Positions 51,132 through 64,000 of a stretch of 64,000 bases of DNA are shown piece after piece (the stretch's first letter is position 1; each line of letters opens with the position of its first letter). This DNA comes from Lama guanicoe (Eukaryota), in contig MU053802.1 of assembly GCA_013239625.1 (NCBI GenBank), forward strand, positions 17,363-81,362, written 5' to 3'. The notes below the pieces were generated by a model. It was not told where the DNA came from and searched no databases. It saw only the letters and a program-made list of their open reading frames with translations. The position numbers and the translations under genes were made by a program.

Positions 51132-53096
51132 GTAAGATTATTGATTTGTTATAACACCATCTACCTTGCAATAGAGTAGGGGAAAGAAGTTATTTTGTGA
51201 TATATTTAAACATACTAAAATTCTTTACTCCCAATGATTTGTCATGTTGATGACTATTATGAAGACTGGTAAATTAATGACTTATATATAGATAGTATAA
51301 TTATGTAAAAGAAGGAAGACATATTAACAGGGACTACAGAAAATTAATTATGGATAACTTTCCTTCTTTTTCAAAATGTTTAATATAGGCTGAGTTATCC
51401 CTTCTATAACTCCTCTTCAAAACAAGAAAGGGGAAGGGAGGGAATAATGACACTGGAAAAGTCTAAATATGTTAGAATTTTGCTTGAATTTTCATTTATC
51501 TGTTTCTCCATTTGCTGTGGATGTCAGGAAGCTCTGAGATGTATTCAGTACCCAGGTAACAGGCATCTGGCCTAGTTTATCTATATAATTTTTTTAAATT
51601 GATGTGTTCTTTTATCTGTATCTTTTCATTGTAAGATATCTGAAAGCCTTTTTGGTGGAAGTAAGTATGATTTAAAAAAATGCACTTTGAATTACTCATC
51701 TTCCAACTTGACTCTTTGCCTCCAAAAATTATTTTTCTGGTATTGTCTTAGACCTCTGGCATGATTGTTACTTGCTTCTAACCACAACTCTAGCTCTGTA
51801 ATTAATTATTACATGAGCTTTTCTGGAGAAGAGTGCCTGTGCTTTCTTTCCTTTTCCAGGGGGCCCTACATCCTTTCACACTGAAGGCTTATCTTCTTCC
51901 AGTGTTATAGCCACTTATCTAAAACGATGTTCTTACGTGTGTATAAATTTTATAATAGTTTGATGCCATTTAATGCCAGTATTTATGTTACTGTGGCATT
52001 GTGGCAAGATAAAATTGGAATGAACTCAATGAGGAACATTTCTAAATTGGATTTTGTACATAATTAATGTGTTATAAAAGATGTGCAAACCAGCTTTTGG
52101 TTATCTGAAAATATCTGATAAAATAGTTAACACTTTATTAATGTCAGTTTGTTAATATCTGATAAATTGTTAAACTGTTAACAGTAACTCTGTTGAAGCT
52201 TGTTTTTAACTGTTTTGCCACCTTGTAAACTAGAATTTTTGCAATGTTGCTCTTTGCAGTGTAATTTACAACTTCCTCAGTTAGTTACCATTTACTTGGA
52301 CTATTGCCTAGTCCACCTATTATTTTTTACTAGTCTTAGAAACTATAAGAAAAACAGATATAAGGAAAATAACTTATTTTGTGATCAACCACTAGGTTCA
52401 TGGCCTTTAGCATGTGCAGGATAGGTAAGGAGCATGTCTGTTTCTCATTAATGCATTGTTATAGGCTTAAAAACTGGGCATGTCTCAGAGGCCCCTTTTA
52501 TATTAGTAAAACATCAGTTCATATACATTTAAACTTTCATTTTTAAACTCTTTTGCCTTAGGATCAAATATAAAATTGGGATTGACTAGAAGGGGGCATG
52601 AAGAAACTTGAATATAAGGAGGATGAAAATGTTATTTATTTTGTTTGGCATTTGTTGATTGCATCAACATGTGCAATTTTCCAAAATTCCTCATATGATA
52701 CACTCTTGAGATCTATGCCATTTCACTGTATATAAATTATATCTTGGTTTAAAAAAATAAATGTAGATCAGGTCCTGTTACTCTTCTTGAATGGGAGGCA
52801 TTGCTCCAGTCCCTTAACATCTATTTATAAAATGTATAAACTGTATAATTCTAAAGGGAATTTTACTGCAGAAATTTCCCCTGGTTATATATTAGTGTTA
52901 TTCTGTAAATCAAATAGCAACTATAGAAAATTGTTTATTTCATTTGTGTGTGTGTGTGTCTGTGTTAAAGAATAAAAATTCCATCTATTTCCTACCAATA
53001 GCAGATTTGTCTCATATATACTCTTGATATATGGTGTGTGTGCCCCCCCCCCAGTGATTTTAATGACACACTTAACACTGTGTATTCTCAGTTCAG

Positions 53097-53290
<194 letters not shown>

Positions 53291-56200
53291 TAACGGAAAA
53301 TGCTGAATTTTATAGTTAGAAAGAATGTATTAGTGAATCATGTTGTTACATCTTTTTCTCAATAGTACACTTTTAATGTTTGTAAATAGATCTCAGCAAC
53401 AGACAAGTAAGTATTTGGATTATCGTTCTGTGAAGGTACTAATACTGCATCAGCTCTAAAAACTCCATGAGCAGTTTTTTGTGGGTTTTTTTGTTTTTCA
53501 GTTTTTTTGAACTTATTTTCTGAGGCTACCAGTAAACTACTTTACTAAGTGGTTGATCTTAATCACTGATAGGTAGTATTGCCTCTTTCACAGGGGCTTT
53601 GGGGTCTGTGGGTGGTTCTTCATTATGTGTGTTAGAGATAATTGCGTTCCTGTCTGATACTCCTCTTCAAGGAGAAAAACGCTTACCATCTTCAGCCGGC
53701 ACAGCAGGTGCCCTCTGACTTTTTCAGAGGCTTGGACGCCAGGGGCTGTGCCTTGACTTTGTCTCTTGGCTCCTCTTCTAACACTACCAGGCCTCTGTGT
53801 GGGTAGACATCCTCCAGGATGTCCTTCTCAGGCCCCACAGCACCAGCATGGCTAAGGCTGTGACTGGTGGAGTTCTGATGGGCAGGACCACTCGGGCAGC
53901 ACGGCCGCTTAGGAAAGTGAGGAAGGAACTCCAGTGTACCTGGCTTTTTCACTTCCTTCCTGGCCTCTTCTCAACCCACAACTCTCCTCTCCTCACTTGC
54001 CCATCCTGCCCAATACAGAGGACAAAACCCTCACTGCATCAGTGTCTTGCATCAGCTGAGCCCAGACTTAGCTGTCAGTCCTTCCTCCTTGTCCTTCATG
54101 AAGCTTTTCTCTGGCTGTGGCTTCCCCAGCTGTTCCCACTCCTAAATCCCCCATCTCATTGGGTCACCACAGAGCTGTGTTATTTGAGGTATGGTTTCCT
54201 GTTCATCCCATTCTCCATTGCCTTGCAACTTTTCTGCAGTGAAGCAGTTATTAATTTGCAATCCAAATACTTTTGACTTTTTGACAATTTTGGGGTGGTT
54301 TTTGTTTTTTTCTTAAACTGTGGAACCTACATGTTCTTACTTATCTGTTCCTGCCTTGTGAGAAACAAAATATGCCTCTATCACCCTGTGAGGAAAGGTT
54401 TTCCTGTATGAATCTGATTGTGTTTAGGACAGAAAGGATACTGTAAGCCACTAGCAGCCACAGGCTGAGACCAAGACACAACTAAGTGATGAAACCTGAA
54501 GGAGATATGAACAAGGTTGTTAGCAGAGCTCTGCAGTTCTGAGGTGGCTCTGCCAGGCCCTGGTGTCATGTGTAGAGTATGCCTGCCCCTTTCCATGATG
54601 TCAAGGAATTTTTGTAATTATATGTAATTCAGGGCCTTTTCCCTTGATTCTAATCTCTTTCTTCTGAGTCAGGGGTTTCTCAGTGTTATGGGAGCCCTTC
54701 TGTATTAAAATATTAGTTCTCATCAGAAGCAACTTCTACTTCTTTGTCAGAGCCTCTTAAGGAAGGGTGTTTCTGAGGCCTACCACTTACATAAGTAAGG
54801 CTGTGAATGCGCAGGGTGGAGTGATTTCTGTCTCCACTCTCAAAATCACACTGACACTCTGGCAGTTGCCTCCAACAGGGCATCGTCTGACTTCTGTGAT
54901 GCCCACTGTGCAAGTCATGGCCATGTGGCTTGCTCTTTAAACTTAGTTTTCCCTGACACTTACTCTTCAAGCTCACAGTGATCCTCCCCCTCCCCTTTAC
55001 CTTTTCTCATACTCTGATTTCTAAAAGGACGCTACATCATATACTTGTGAAAATACAGGCCTGTTTGACATTAGGATTCATTTTCCCAGATGAGACTGAT
55101 TGATGCCTTTCTCCTAGGCTGAAGTGTGTTCAGGGTCAGGGCCTGTCACTCGTCAAATAAAGCCTTCCTTATTGACTTTGTCAGGCTTTCTCTGAATTCT
55201 CTACTGGATCCTTGTCAAATAAGCAGCTCCTTCATTTCTTAAGCCAGTGGTTGTCAGTCCTGACTGCACATTGAAACTTTCCAGGGAGCTTTGGGGTTGG
55301 GGGTTGGTGGTTGGGGGTTGGGGAGGGAGGACTGATGCCTAAGTTCCAGACTAATGAACTAAGAATCTCTGACTGAATTCTGGGCATTGGCATTCTTGAA
55401 AACTGCCTATTGAATGTATAATTCAAGGTCAACAATCATTGTTTTACCACTGAGCCAGTTAACTATTTGCAAAGTCAGTAAATAGTTGGGGTCCTGTTAG
55501 TGGCCTTTGTCCTGGAGACTGTTAGGATCTGGGCACAAAACTGCCACTCTTGATGTAGTCAGTATGGTCAGTGAAAGAGAAGAATATCAAAACCACTTGG
55601 TCATGGTCAGATGCTTACATGGGTCACCTCTGATTTAAAAGGCAGTAGACAGTAGTTTATTTTAGAATTCGGTGAAACCAGAGATACTGCTTTTTTTATA
55701 TTTCAAGTTTGATTTCAGCTAAACCATTTATAATCTGCCATTGACAATAACCTTGACTGATGTGGATCTTGGACCATGCATCCATTCTCTTCCTCTAATC
55801 CAGTGATGCTCAACCAAAACATTGGAATCACTTGGAGTTCTACATGCATCTCCAGATGTTCTGAATATGCTAGAAAATGTGTCTAAAGCTATTACCTATT
55901 CAGACTGTATATAATATTACAAAAGTAAGAATATTTAATCAGGTATAGTGGTTATTTCTAATTTGTATAGATACAGTGTTCTTTTATCTTTGTATTTGTT
56001 TCCTAGTTTTTAATGTAAATTTCTTTGTCAACAGTGTGAAACTTGTTTAAATGAGTAAAATTTAAAATGAGAGGTGTGCAGTCATTTGTTCATGAACACT
56101 TCAGTTTCCTTAGCATTAATTCTTATTTTAAAACTCAAAATCCACTAGTTATGGTATTTTAACTTATTTCCTGCTTATTTAAAAAAATTTTTTTAGTCTG

Positions 56201-56691
56201 AAGTAATTCTCTTATATGCCTATGAAAATCTAATTTAAATTTAGAAAGTTATCTATATTTTTCAGATGACTTACAACCTTTTAAATATCTCACATGTATA
56301 CTTAGAATTTAAACCAGGATTTTCTCTCATTAAAAGAATAGTCAGACATATTGTTTTATAATGTTATTTAGTAAGAAAGGTGGAAAACCAAAGCACTTGT
56401 CAACATTCATAATTTATTTTTGAAAGAGGAAAATAGTTATTCTAATTTTGTTAAGAGACTTATCTACTTTATGGATGTTTAGAAATACTATAAGGATGCA
56501 AAAGAAATCCAATTGAAAAGATTGACTTAAAGTGACAATAAAGAAGTAAATGGATGCTGTTAAATGGAAATGAATAGAATCTCATATTTAGGAAGGTCAG
56601 AAAAATGGGAATTAGATAAATGTATAATTAAGGTAAATTGTAAATTGTTGTTAATGAAAGAGATATTATTTATCTTTTTTTTTACTTTTAG

Positions 56692-56907
<216 letters not shown>

Positions 56908-58316
56908 TGATATGTTGATTTTAACTTAAAGTGATTGAATAAAAATCAGTTATTTCTGTTGGAGGGCACACAGATCTATATATATTACTTGATCTGGCAG
57001 TAGTATTTTAAACCTTTAGGAGTGGTGTTCCAGGTGGTACATAGTCTAAAAACAAATGAGAATAGTTTCTATCTCTCTCTCTTTTTTTTTTGCAACTTAT
57101 GAGTGCCATTTGTTTGCTTTAATGACCCATTAAACTCCAGAGATTTCTTTGCTTAACTTTAATCGTTTCTAATACAGCTCAGAAATTAGAAGTGAGGTAC
57201 TATGTTGTTAATGATTATAGAACCATTTTTGGAATGTCTTCCTCAAGAAATAACAGCCACCATGTCTTGAACTTCTACCATATTGCTTGTGCTTTTCCTC
57301 CATTGTCTGTAATAGTCATAGCAGTCCTGTCAGGAAGGTGGTAGAACCCTTACACTGCAGATGGTCTCAAAGAGTAACATAACCAAGGTCCCAGGGCTCT
57401 GAAAACAAACAAAAAAAAGGGAAGAAGAGTTATGAAAATAGTGACTTCTAGGGCCAATTGATACATGGGTAAGCTGTCTTTTAGTTATACATTTTTTAAT
57501 ACTATTTTTAATCAAATCTAAGATGCCAGTGATCTCCAATCAAATCAATGATGCCAGACATCATTGTTTTATTTGATGACACTGAAATGAAATGCCACCA
57601 AGAAGAAACAAATTGCTGCCAAGTATAAAAAAAAAGATGCTATAAATTTTAAGATAGGATCACTTAATTATATAATTTTAAAAATAAGCATATATTAGTA
57701 ACTCATGTTCAGAGTTTGGCTCGTTTACCTGGTAACCATGAGGTTAAGTTTTATTAACAAACTCCTTTTTAATAAATTAGGAGAGGGCATTGTGGCCTCC
57801 AAAATGATAGAAACAAACACTGATGTTTAAAGATATATGGTTCAGAGACTCAGATTAGATTTCATATATGAAACACCTTCATTCCTATTGTTGCATTCAA
57901 ATGAGTTTATCCTATTCATTTTTATTCTTTAGTGTCTTTATAGATCATCTGATACAGTCCATAGTAATGACATTTGCATTTGAACCTTTTTCTTGTCTAA
58001 TTCACTGAATGTTTGGTCATCACTGTTAGTTACAACTTAATATAAACTGGACACATTTCCATTCAATGGCTTAGAAGGCCAGGAAGGACATTGTGAGGAT
58101 GCTTGACTTATAAAGGAGGCATCTGAACATACCTCACCTCTTCTTCCTCTTCACTTTTATGTTTTATTTTGAGTTTTTGCTGAAGTGGTAGACAAAATAT
58201 TGATAGCATTAATATAGCATTTTAATTCTGCCTTTTTGAAAGAAAACATGAAATGATAGCTACTTGGTTAAGTTACAATAATGGCTGTAATTTTTGTTTT
58301 TAATAAAATGACTTTG

Positions 58317-61158
58317 ATGACCAACTCGCCGAGGCAACCCCCTTTGCTGATGTGCCACCTCCGCCTCTGCCTTCAACCTCTTCCCCTGACCTCACCATGC
58401 CCGCTCCCAGGAGCAGGCTGACTTCAAAGGCTTGAGTCCAGCAAACTTGGGGGAGCGGAGGCCGCCCCCTGGCAAGGCAGCTAGGGACATGAAAGAAAAT
58501 CCTCTGGCTGGCCAGGGGCACCCTATTCCCCTGTAGCCAGTGCCGAACCACGTCCCCAGTGGCACCCCGCCTCTAGTGTGTCTGTCTGTCTGCCTGCCTG
58601 CCTGCCTATCTATTGGAGGATGGGAGAAGCTAGTCTATGTGTGTGACTGTCTGTTTATCCAATGGAGGAGGAGGTGACTAGTATGTCTCTCTACTTGCCT
58701 GCCTATCTATGTATCTATCTATGTATCTATCTATTTATGTATTATCTATCTATTATCTTTCTATCTATATATCTGTCTATTTAGGGGAGGCATAGCAGTA
58801 GGCTAGTGTGTCATTTATTTGTCTGTTGGAGGAGGAGGTTAGTGTGTCTATATAACTACCTACTTGAGGAAGAGGAGGAGGCTAGTGTGTGTGTGTGCGT
58901 GTGCTGGTCTATCTATGTATCTGTATCTAGTGAGGGAGGAGGATACTGTATCTATCAGCCTATGTATACATCAAATGGAAGAAGAGTAGGCTAGTATGTC
59001 TGTCTGTCTATCTATCAGATATCAATATATGTATGTACTTATATGTAATCGAGAAGAAGGAGGAGGCTAGAGTGTCTATCTCTCTGTCAGAGGAGGAGAC
59101 TAGTGTGTCTGTCTCTCTGTGTGTCTGAGAGTTGTGTCTATCTATATCTAATGGAGAAGGAGGATTCCCATGTGTCTGGCTATCTGTCTGTTTCTAACAG
59201 GAGAAGGTAGAGGCTAGTGTGTGTATCCATCAATCTCACTTTCTATCTAATGGAGGAGGAGAAAGTCTATTAAGTTTGTCTATTATCTAATGGAGGAGAA
59301 GATTAGTGTGTCTCTCTACCTACTTAATTGAGGAGTAGGAGGAGGCATGTGTGTGTGTGTGTGTGTGTGTGTCTGTCTGTCTGCCTATGTATGTATCTGT
59401 CTACCTATATAATGGATGAGGAGGAGGAAGTTAGGATATATGGTTGTTTGTAAATGGAGGAAGAGGCTAGTGTGTCTGTCTGTCTATTTATTTGTCTCTC
59501 TGTCTGTCTAATGGAGGAAGCCTCCCAATATTCGACCCACCTGGAGGGATGCCAATTGCCACCCTGAAGCAGCAGAGGGCGCCCCCTTTGGAGGCTGAGG
59601 GGGACACTGGATGGAAATCTACAGGCTTGCCTGGGCAGCCCATGCCTCCCGCTTCCACCCTCTCTGTAGCTGCCACCGCCCCGCCCCCGCCCCGCCCCCT
59701 GACCACCCCGCACCCGCCTTCCTGGGAGCCTGAAAACACAGAAGTGTGCACCTCGTGTACCTAGGGTAGCAGAGACCAAACCTAGGACTGGCCAAGGGGG
59801 AGATCTGAGCAAATACACGGGCTCGGTGGGGCAGCCCCGCCTCCTCAATGCAGCCTCTGATCGCACCGTGCCTGCCTCCGGGGCGCAGGCTGATATGGAA
59901 ACATGCATACTGTGAACCTGGGGCAGGAGAGGCCGCACTCAGGCCAAGCCCTTGTGGAGATGGGAGCAAACTGATCGGCTCACCCGAGGCAGTCTGCTCC
60001 CGGCGACATCCCTGTACCCTGAGCTCACCTCGACAGCCTCCCAGGACCTGGCTGACAAGGAGAATTAAATCCCACACACCTGGGGTAGCAGAGGCCACCC
60101 GGGGGCCAGGAGAGGGGGAGATGGTGGGAAAATGGCCGACTCGCTGAGGCATCCCCCTTAGCTGCTGTGCCGCCTCCGTATCTGCCGCTGACCTCTTCCC
60201 CTGCCCTTACCATGCCTGATACTAGGAGCAGACTAGCTTCAAAGGCTTGAGTTCATTGAATTTGGGAGAGCGGAGGCCGCCCCCAGGCAAGGCAGTCAGG
60301 GACATGGGATAAAATCCTATGTCTCGCCAGTGGCACTCCTGTCCCCGGTCGCCTCTGCTGAACCCCGTCCCCAGACCGCACCCTGCCTCTAGTGTGTCTG
60401 TCTAACTGCCTGCCTGAATGCCTATCTATTGGAGGATGGGAGAGGCTAGTCTATGTGTGTGTCTGTTTATCGAACAGAGGAGGAGGTGACTAGTATGTCT
60501 CTCTATTTGCCTGCCTATCTACCTATCTTTCTATCTACCTATCAACCTATCTATCTATCTAGAGGAGGCATACCAGTAGGCTAGTGTGTCTTTTTCTTTG
60601 TCTGTCTATTGGAGGAGGAGGTTAGTGTGTCTATCTACATATGTACCTATTTGAGGAAGAGGAGGAGGCTAGAGTGTGTGTGTGTGTGTGTGCAGGTCTG
60701 TCAATCAATGTATCTGTAACTAAAGGGGGAGCAGGCTACTGTGTCTGTCTATCAGTCTATGTGTGCATCTAATGGAGGAGGAGTAAGCTGGTATGTCTCT
60801 CTGTCTGTCTATGTATCAAATATCTATATATGTACCTATATCTAATCGAAAAGAAGAAGGCTAGAGTATCTATCTCTCTGTCTGTCAGAGGAGGGGAAGA
60901 CTAGTGTGTCTGTCTCTCTGTGTGTCTGTGAGTCTGCCTCTATTATTTTCCAATGGAGAAGAAGGATTCCAATGTGTCTGGCTACCTGTCTGTCTCTATA
61001 CAACAGAAGGTAGAGGCTAGTGTGTGTATCAGTCAATCTCACTGACTATCTATCTAATGGAGGAGGAGAAAGAGTCTATTAAGTTTGTCTATCTATTATC
61101 TAATGGAGGAAGAGATTAGTGTGTCTCTTTACCTACTTAATTGAGGAGTAGGAGGGGG

Positions 61159-61192
<34 letters not shown>

Positions 61193-62320
61193 TCTATGTA
61201 TGTATCTGTCTACCTATATAATGGATGAGGAGGAGGAGGTTAGGATATATGGCTGTAAATGGAGGAAGAGGCTAGTGTGTCTGTCTATTTATTTGTCTCT
61301 CTGTGTCTCTAATGGAGGAAGCCTCCCAGTACTCAACCCACCTGGAGGGATGCCAATTGCCACCCTGAAGCAGCAGAGTGCGCCCCCATTGCAGGCTGAG
61401 GGGGACACTGAATGGAAATCCACAGGCTTGCCTGAGCAGGCCACTCCACCCCCGCTTCCGCCCTCTCTGTAGTCGCCCCGTCCCCGCCCCCACCACACCA
61501 CCTGACCACCCTGCGCCCGTCTCCCGGGAGCCGGAAGACACAGAGATGTGCACCTCGTGTACCCAAAGTAGCAGAGACCCACCCCAGGACAGGCCAAGGA
61601 GGAGATGGGAGCAAATACACCGGTTCCGTGGGGCAACCCGGGCTCATCACTGCAGCCCCTGTTCGCAACGCGTCTGCCTCCAGGGTGCAGGCTGACATGG
61701 AAACATGCACACTGTGAACCTGGGGCAGGAGAGGCCACACTCAGGACAGGGCCTTGTGGAGATGGGAGCAAACTGATCGTCTCACCCAAGGCAGTCCGCT
61801 TCCCGCGACATCCCTGTCCCCTGAACTCACCTCACCAGCATCCGCGGACCTTGCTGACAAGGAGACTGTAACCCAGCAAACATGGGGTAGCAGATGCCGC
61901 CCCGAGGCCAGGAGAGGGGGAGATGGTGGGAAAATGACTAACTCGCCGAGGCATACCCTTTTGCTGCTGTGTCGCCTCCACCTCTGCTGCCGACCTCTTC
62001 CCCTGACCTCACCACGCGCGCTCCCAGGAGCAGGCTGACTTCAAAGGCTTGAGTTCAGTGAACTTGGGGGAGCGGATGCCACCCCCAGGCAAGGCAGGTA
62101 GGGACATGGGAGAAAATCCTCTGGCTCTCGAGGGGCACCGTAGTCCCCGGTCGCCGCCGTCGAACCCCTTCCCCAGACCGCACCACGCCTCTAGTTTGTC
62201 TGTCTGTCTGACTACCTGCCCTACTGCCTACTGATTGGAGGATGGGAGAGGCTAGTCTGTGTGTCTGTCGTTTTACCTAATGGAGGAGGAGCCGACTAGT
62301 ATGTCTCTGTATTTGCCTGC

Positions 62321-62388
<68 letters not shown>

Positions 62389-62430
62389 GTATCTATCAAT
62401 CTATCTATCTAGTGGAGGCATAGCAGTAGC
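58317..62430. repeat. ~1.8-kb macrosatellite, about 2.3 diverged units
   Basis: Anchor 'c(c/t)(a/g)actcgc(c/t)gaggca' at 58321, 60136 and 61938 (periods 1815 and 1802 bp); each unit has a GC-rich half and a TCTA/TG/GGAGGA-rich half. Confidence 0.95.
62320..62411. repeat. (TCTA)n tetranucleotide microsatellite
   Basis: Long near-perfect CTAT run, longer and purer than the equivalent sites in the other two units. Confidence 0.95.
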
Positions 62431-62689
62431 CAAGTTTGACTTTTTATTTGTCTGATCCATCCTCTGTCCATTTATCCATCTACCATCCACCCATCCGTCT
62501 ACATTTTCAGCTGGCCCAGCAGGCCCCCACCCACCCTCTATCCGTCTCCCCACCCAGCCGTCTGGCAACCTGTTCCTGTGTCCGTCCCGCAATCATCTGT
62601 TCCAGCAAGAGCCTGATGCTCTGGGGCAGCCTAGTCCCCGGCCCCCTGCTCCTGAGGTGCCAGTTCCACCACACTACACCCCTAGGGTC

Positions 62690-63130
62690 ATGACCAGGCC
62701 GGGGCTCGGGGAACGTATGTCTTCTGGCCAAGAGGCAGGCAGAGCTGTGGTCCCAGGGCCACTGGGCCGGACAGCCCGGACTCCAGGCGCCAGCCCGGCA
62801 CTCCGCTCTGAGCTGCGCGGCCGCCCCGAGGGTGGGAACGGCCTGGGCTCGGGGCCCCGCTCACCGCCGCAGAGCCCCGGCCGCCCCGCGGGCTGGCTGT
62901 CCTGCCGGCCCCCGCGCACGTCCCCGCGGAGCCGAGGGGCCATGGGAGGTGTCACGTCGCCGTGGTGGGCAAGGGGGCTGACACCAAGCCGCCCCATGAG
63001 GCCAGCCAGATGGACGAGGATGGCATTGAGGGGTGAGGCACCCGTCTCCCCGGGCCCCTGGTGATCTGGCCCGGCCCTTCCAGGGGCACAAGGGAGCACC
63101 CGGGGTGGACCTGGCCCAGAAACCGTGCCC
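62690..63130. promoter_or_regulatory. CpG-island-like segment with a candidate first exon
   Basis: Dense CpG and GC-box sequence; Kozak-like GGGGCCATGG (ATG 62942) and donor-like GG|GTGAGG at 63033. Gene not recognised. Confidence 0.5.
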
Positions 63131-64000
63131 TCCCTCTGTCTCTCTCAGCCACACACTCAGACGGCTCAGCTGTCCCTGGAAGGAGCCAGCCCCAGTATCC
63201 ACGGACTCTCCACATGGGACAGAAAGGCCTGAGGCCAGGTGGGCAGGGTTCACAGAGGACAGTCAGGAGTGACAGTCGTTTGACATCCGGACTTCTGTCT
63301 GTGAGAAACTTTGGAAAAAAGGGGCAAATTCCCAGAGCTGCTGGATATTGAGTCTACACCCAGGAGAGCAAAGCCATTTTGTTTTCTGTGCCAATTTTAA
63401 GCAGCTGACAGTGGCTGTTGAGAAGTATTCTAGGACCTTGTCTGAACACAGTGGGAGAAAGTGCTGGGATCCAGTGAGTCATGACTTCGGTGGGCCAGGG
63501 AGGGAGCGTGGTGGCCATGGGTGAGGTTTCTGTGTGGGAGAGAAAAGATGTGATACACAACTAGGAAAGGGGACAGTGTTACCAGGATGGATCTCCCCCT
63601 CTGCAGTTTCACTCCTAGAAGGGAGCCTTAACCTATTTATCATACTCCCGGGAAGGGGCTGTTATTCCCATCTTTCAGGTGAGGAAGCTGAGGCTCAGAG
63701 CACTGGGGAGGTTTGCCCAGGATCCCATGAGAGACCAGGTACTGTCAACTTGAGCATCTTCAGTCCTGGTGTGGTCCTTCTCAGCCGTCCTTCACATGCT
63801 GTCCTGGGCCCCAGGGGTGTGCAGATGCTGAGGCAGGAGTCTGGGCGCCCGGTCTGGCCACCACAGTCCAACTGTATGCGCCGGCAGGGACTTGCTGCTC
63901 CCTGAGGGGGTGCCCCCGAACGCCAGGTCACATATGGTTCTACGTGAAAATTTATTGAGCAGAGGGGCTGCCCCACACAAACACAAGCCCCATGGCCAAT

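Noticed and set aside
58317..62430. CRISPR array, rDNA, or a coding repeat
   Set aside because: Eukaryotic context, no repeat-spacer structure, no rRNA sequence, and ORFs are not preserved between units.

Overview
Mammalian genomic DNA, most likely camelid (six tRNA-derived SINEs of Vic-1 type). No intact protein-coding gene can be supported. The window is a mosaic of duplicated segments. (1) 1-8.6 kb: GC-rich sequence with no recognisable gene. (2) 9.1-10.8 kb, minus strand: a disabled three-exon gene for a Pro/Ala-rich low-complexity protein with an MFCC/basic leader exon and a hydrophobic tail; its 3' flank recurs at 12.4-12.9 kb. (3) 12.9-17.5 kb: a rearranged block with three inverted-repeat structures (LTR/LTR, satellite monomers, L1/L1). 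(4) 19.6-39.2 kb: an unprocessed partial HERC2 pseudogene with 14 exons (MIB/HERC2, UBA-like, CPH and ZZ regions) and an internal multi-exon deletion. (5) About 43.6-58.3 kb: an unprocessed partial DYRK1A pseudogene with 4 exons, on the same strand and splice-phase compatible with the last HERC2 exon, preceded by an apparently perfect 441-bp tandem duplication. (6) 58.3-62.4 kb: about 2.3 copies of a ~1.8-kb higher-order macrosatellite that truncates DYRK1A, followed by a CpG-rich first-exon-like segment. Gene and repeat family names come from recalled reference sequences, not from database searches. Repeat boundaries are approximate; exon boundaries were counted by hand.
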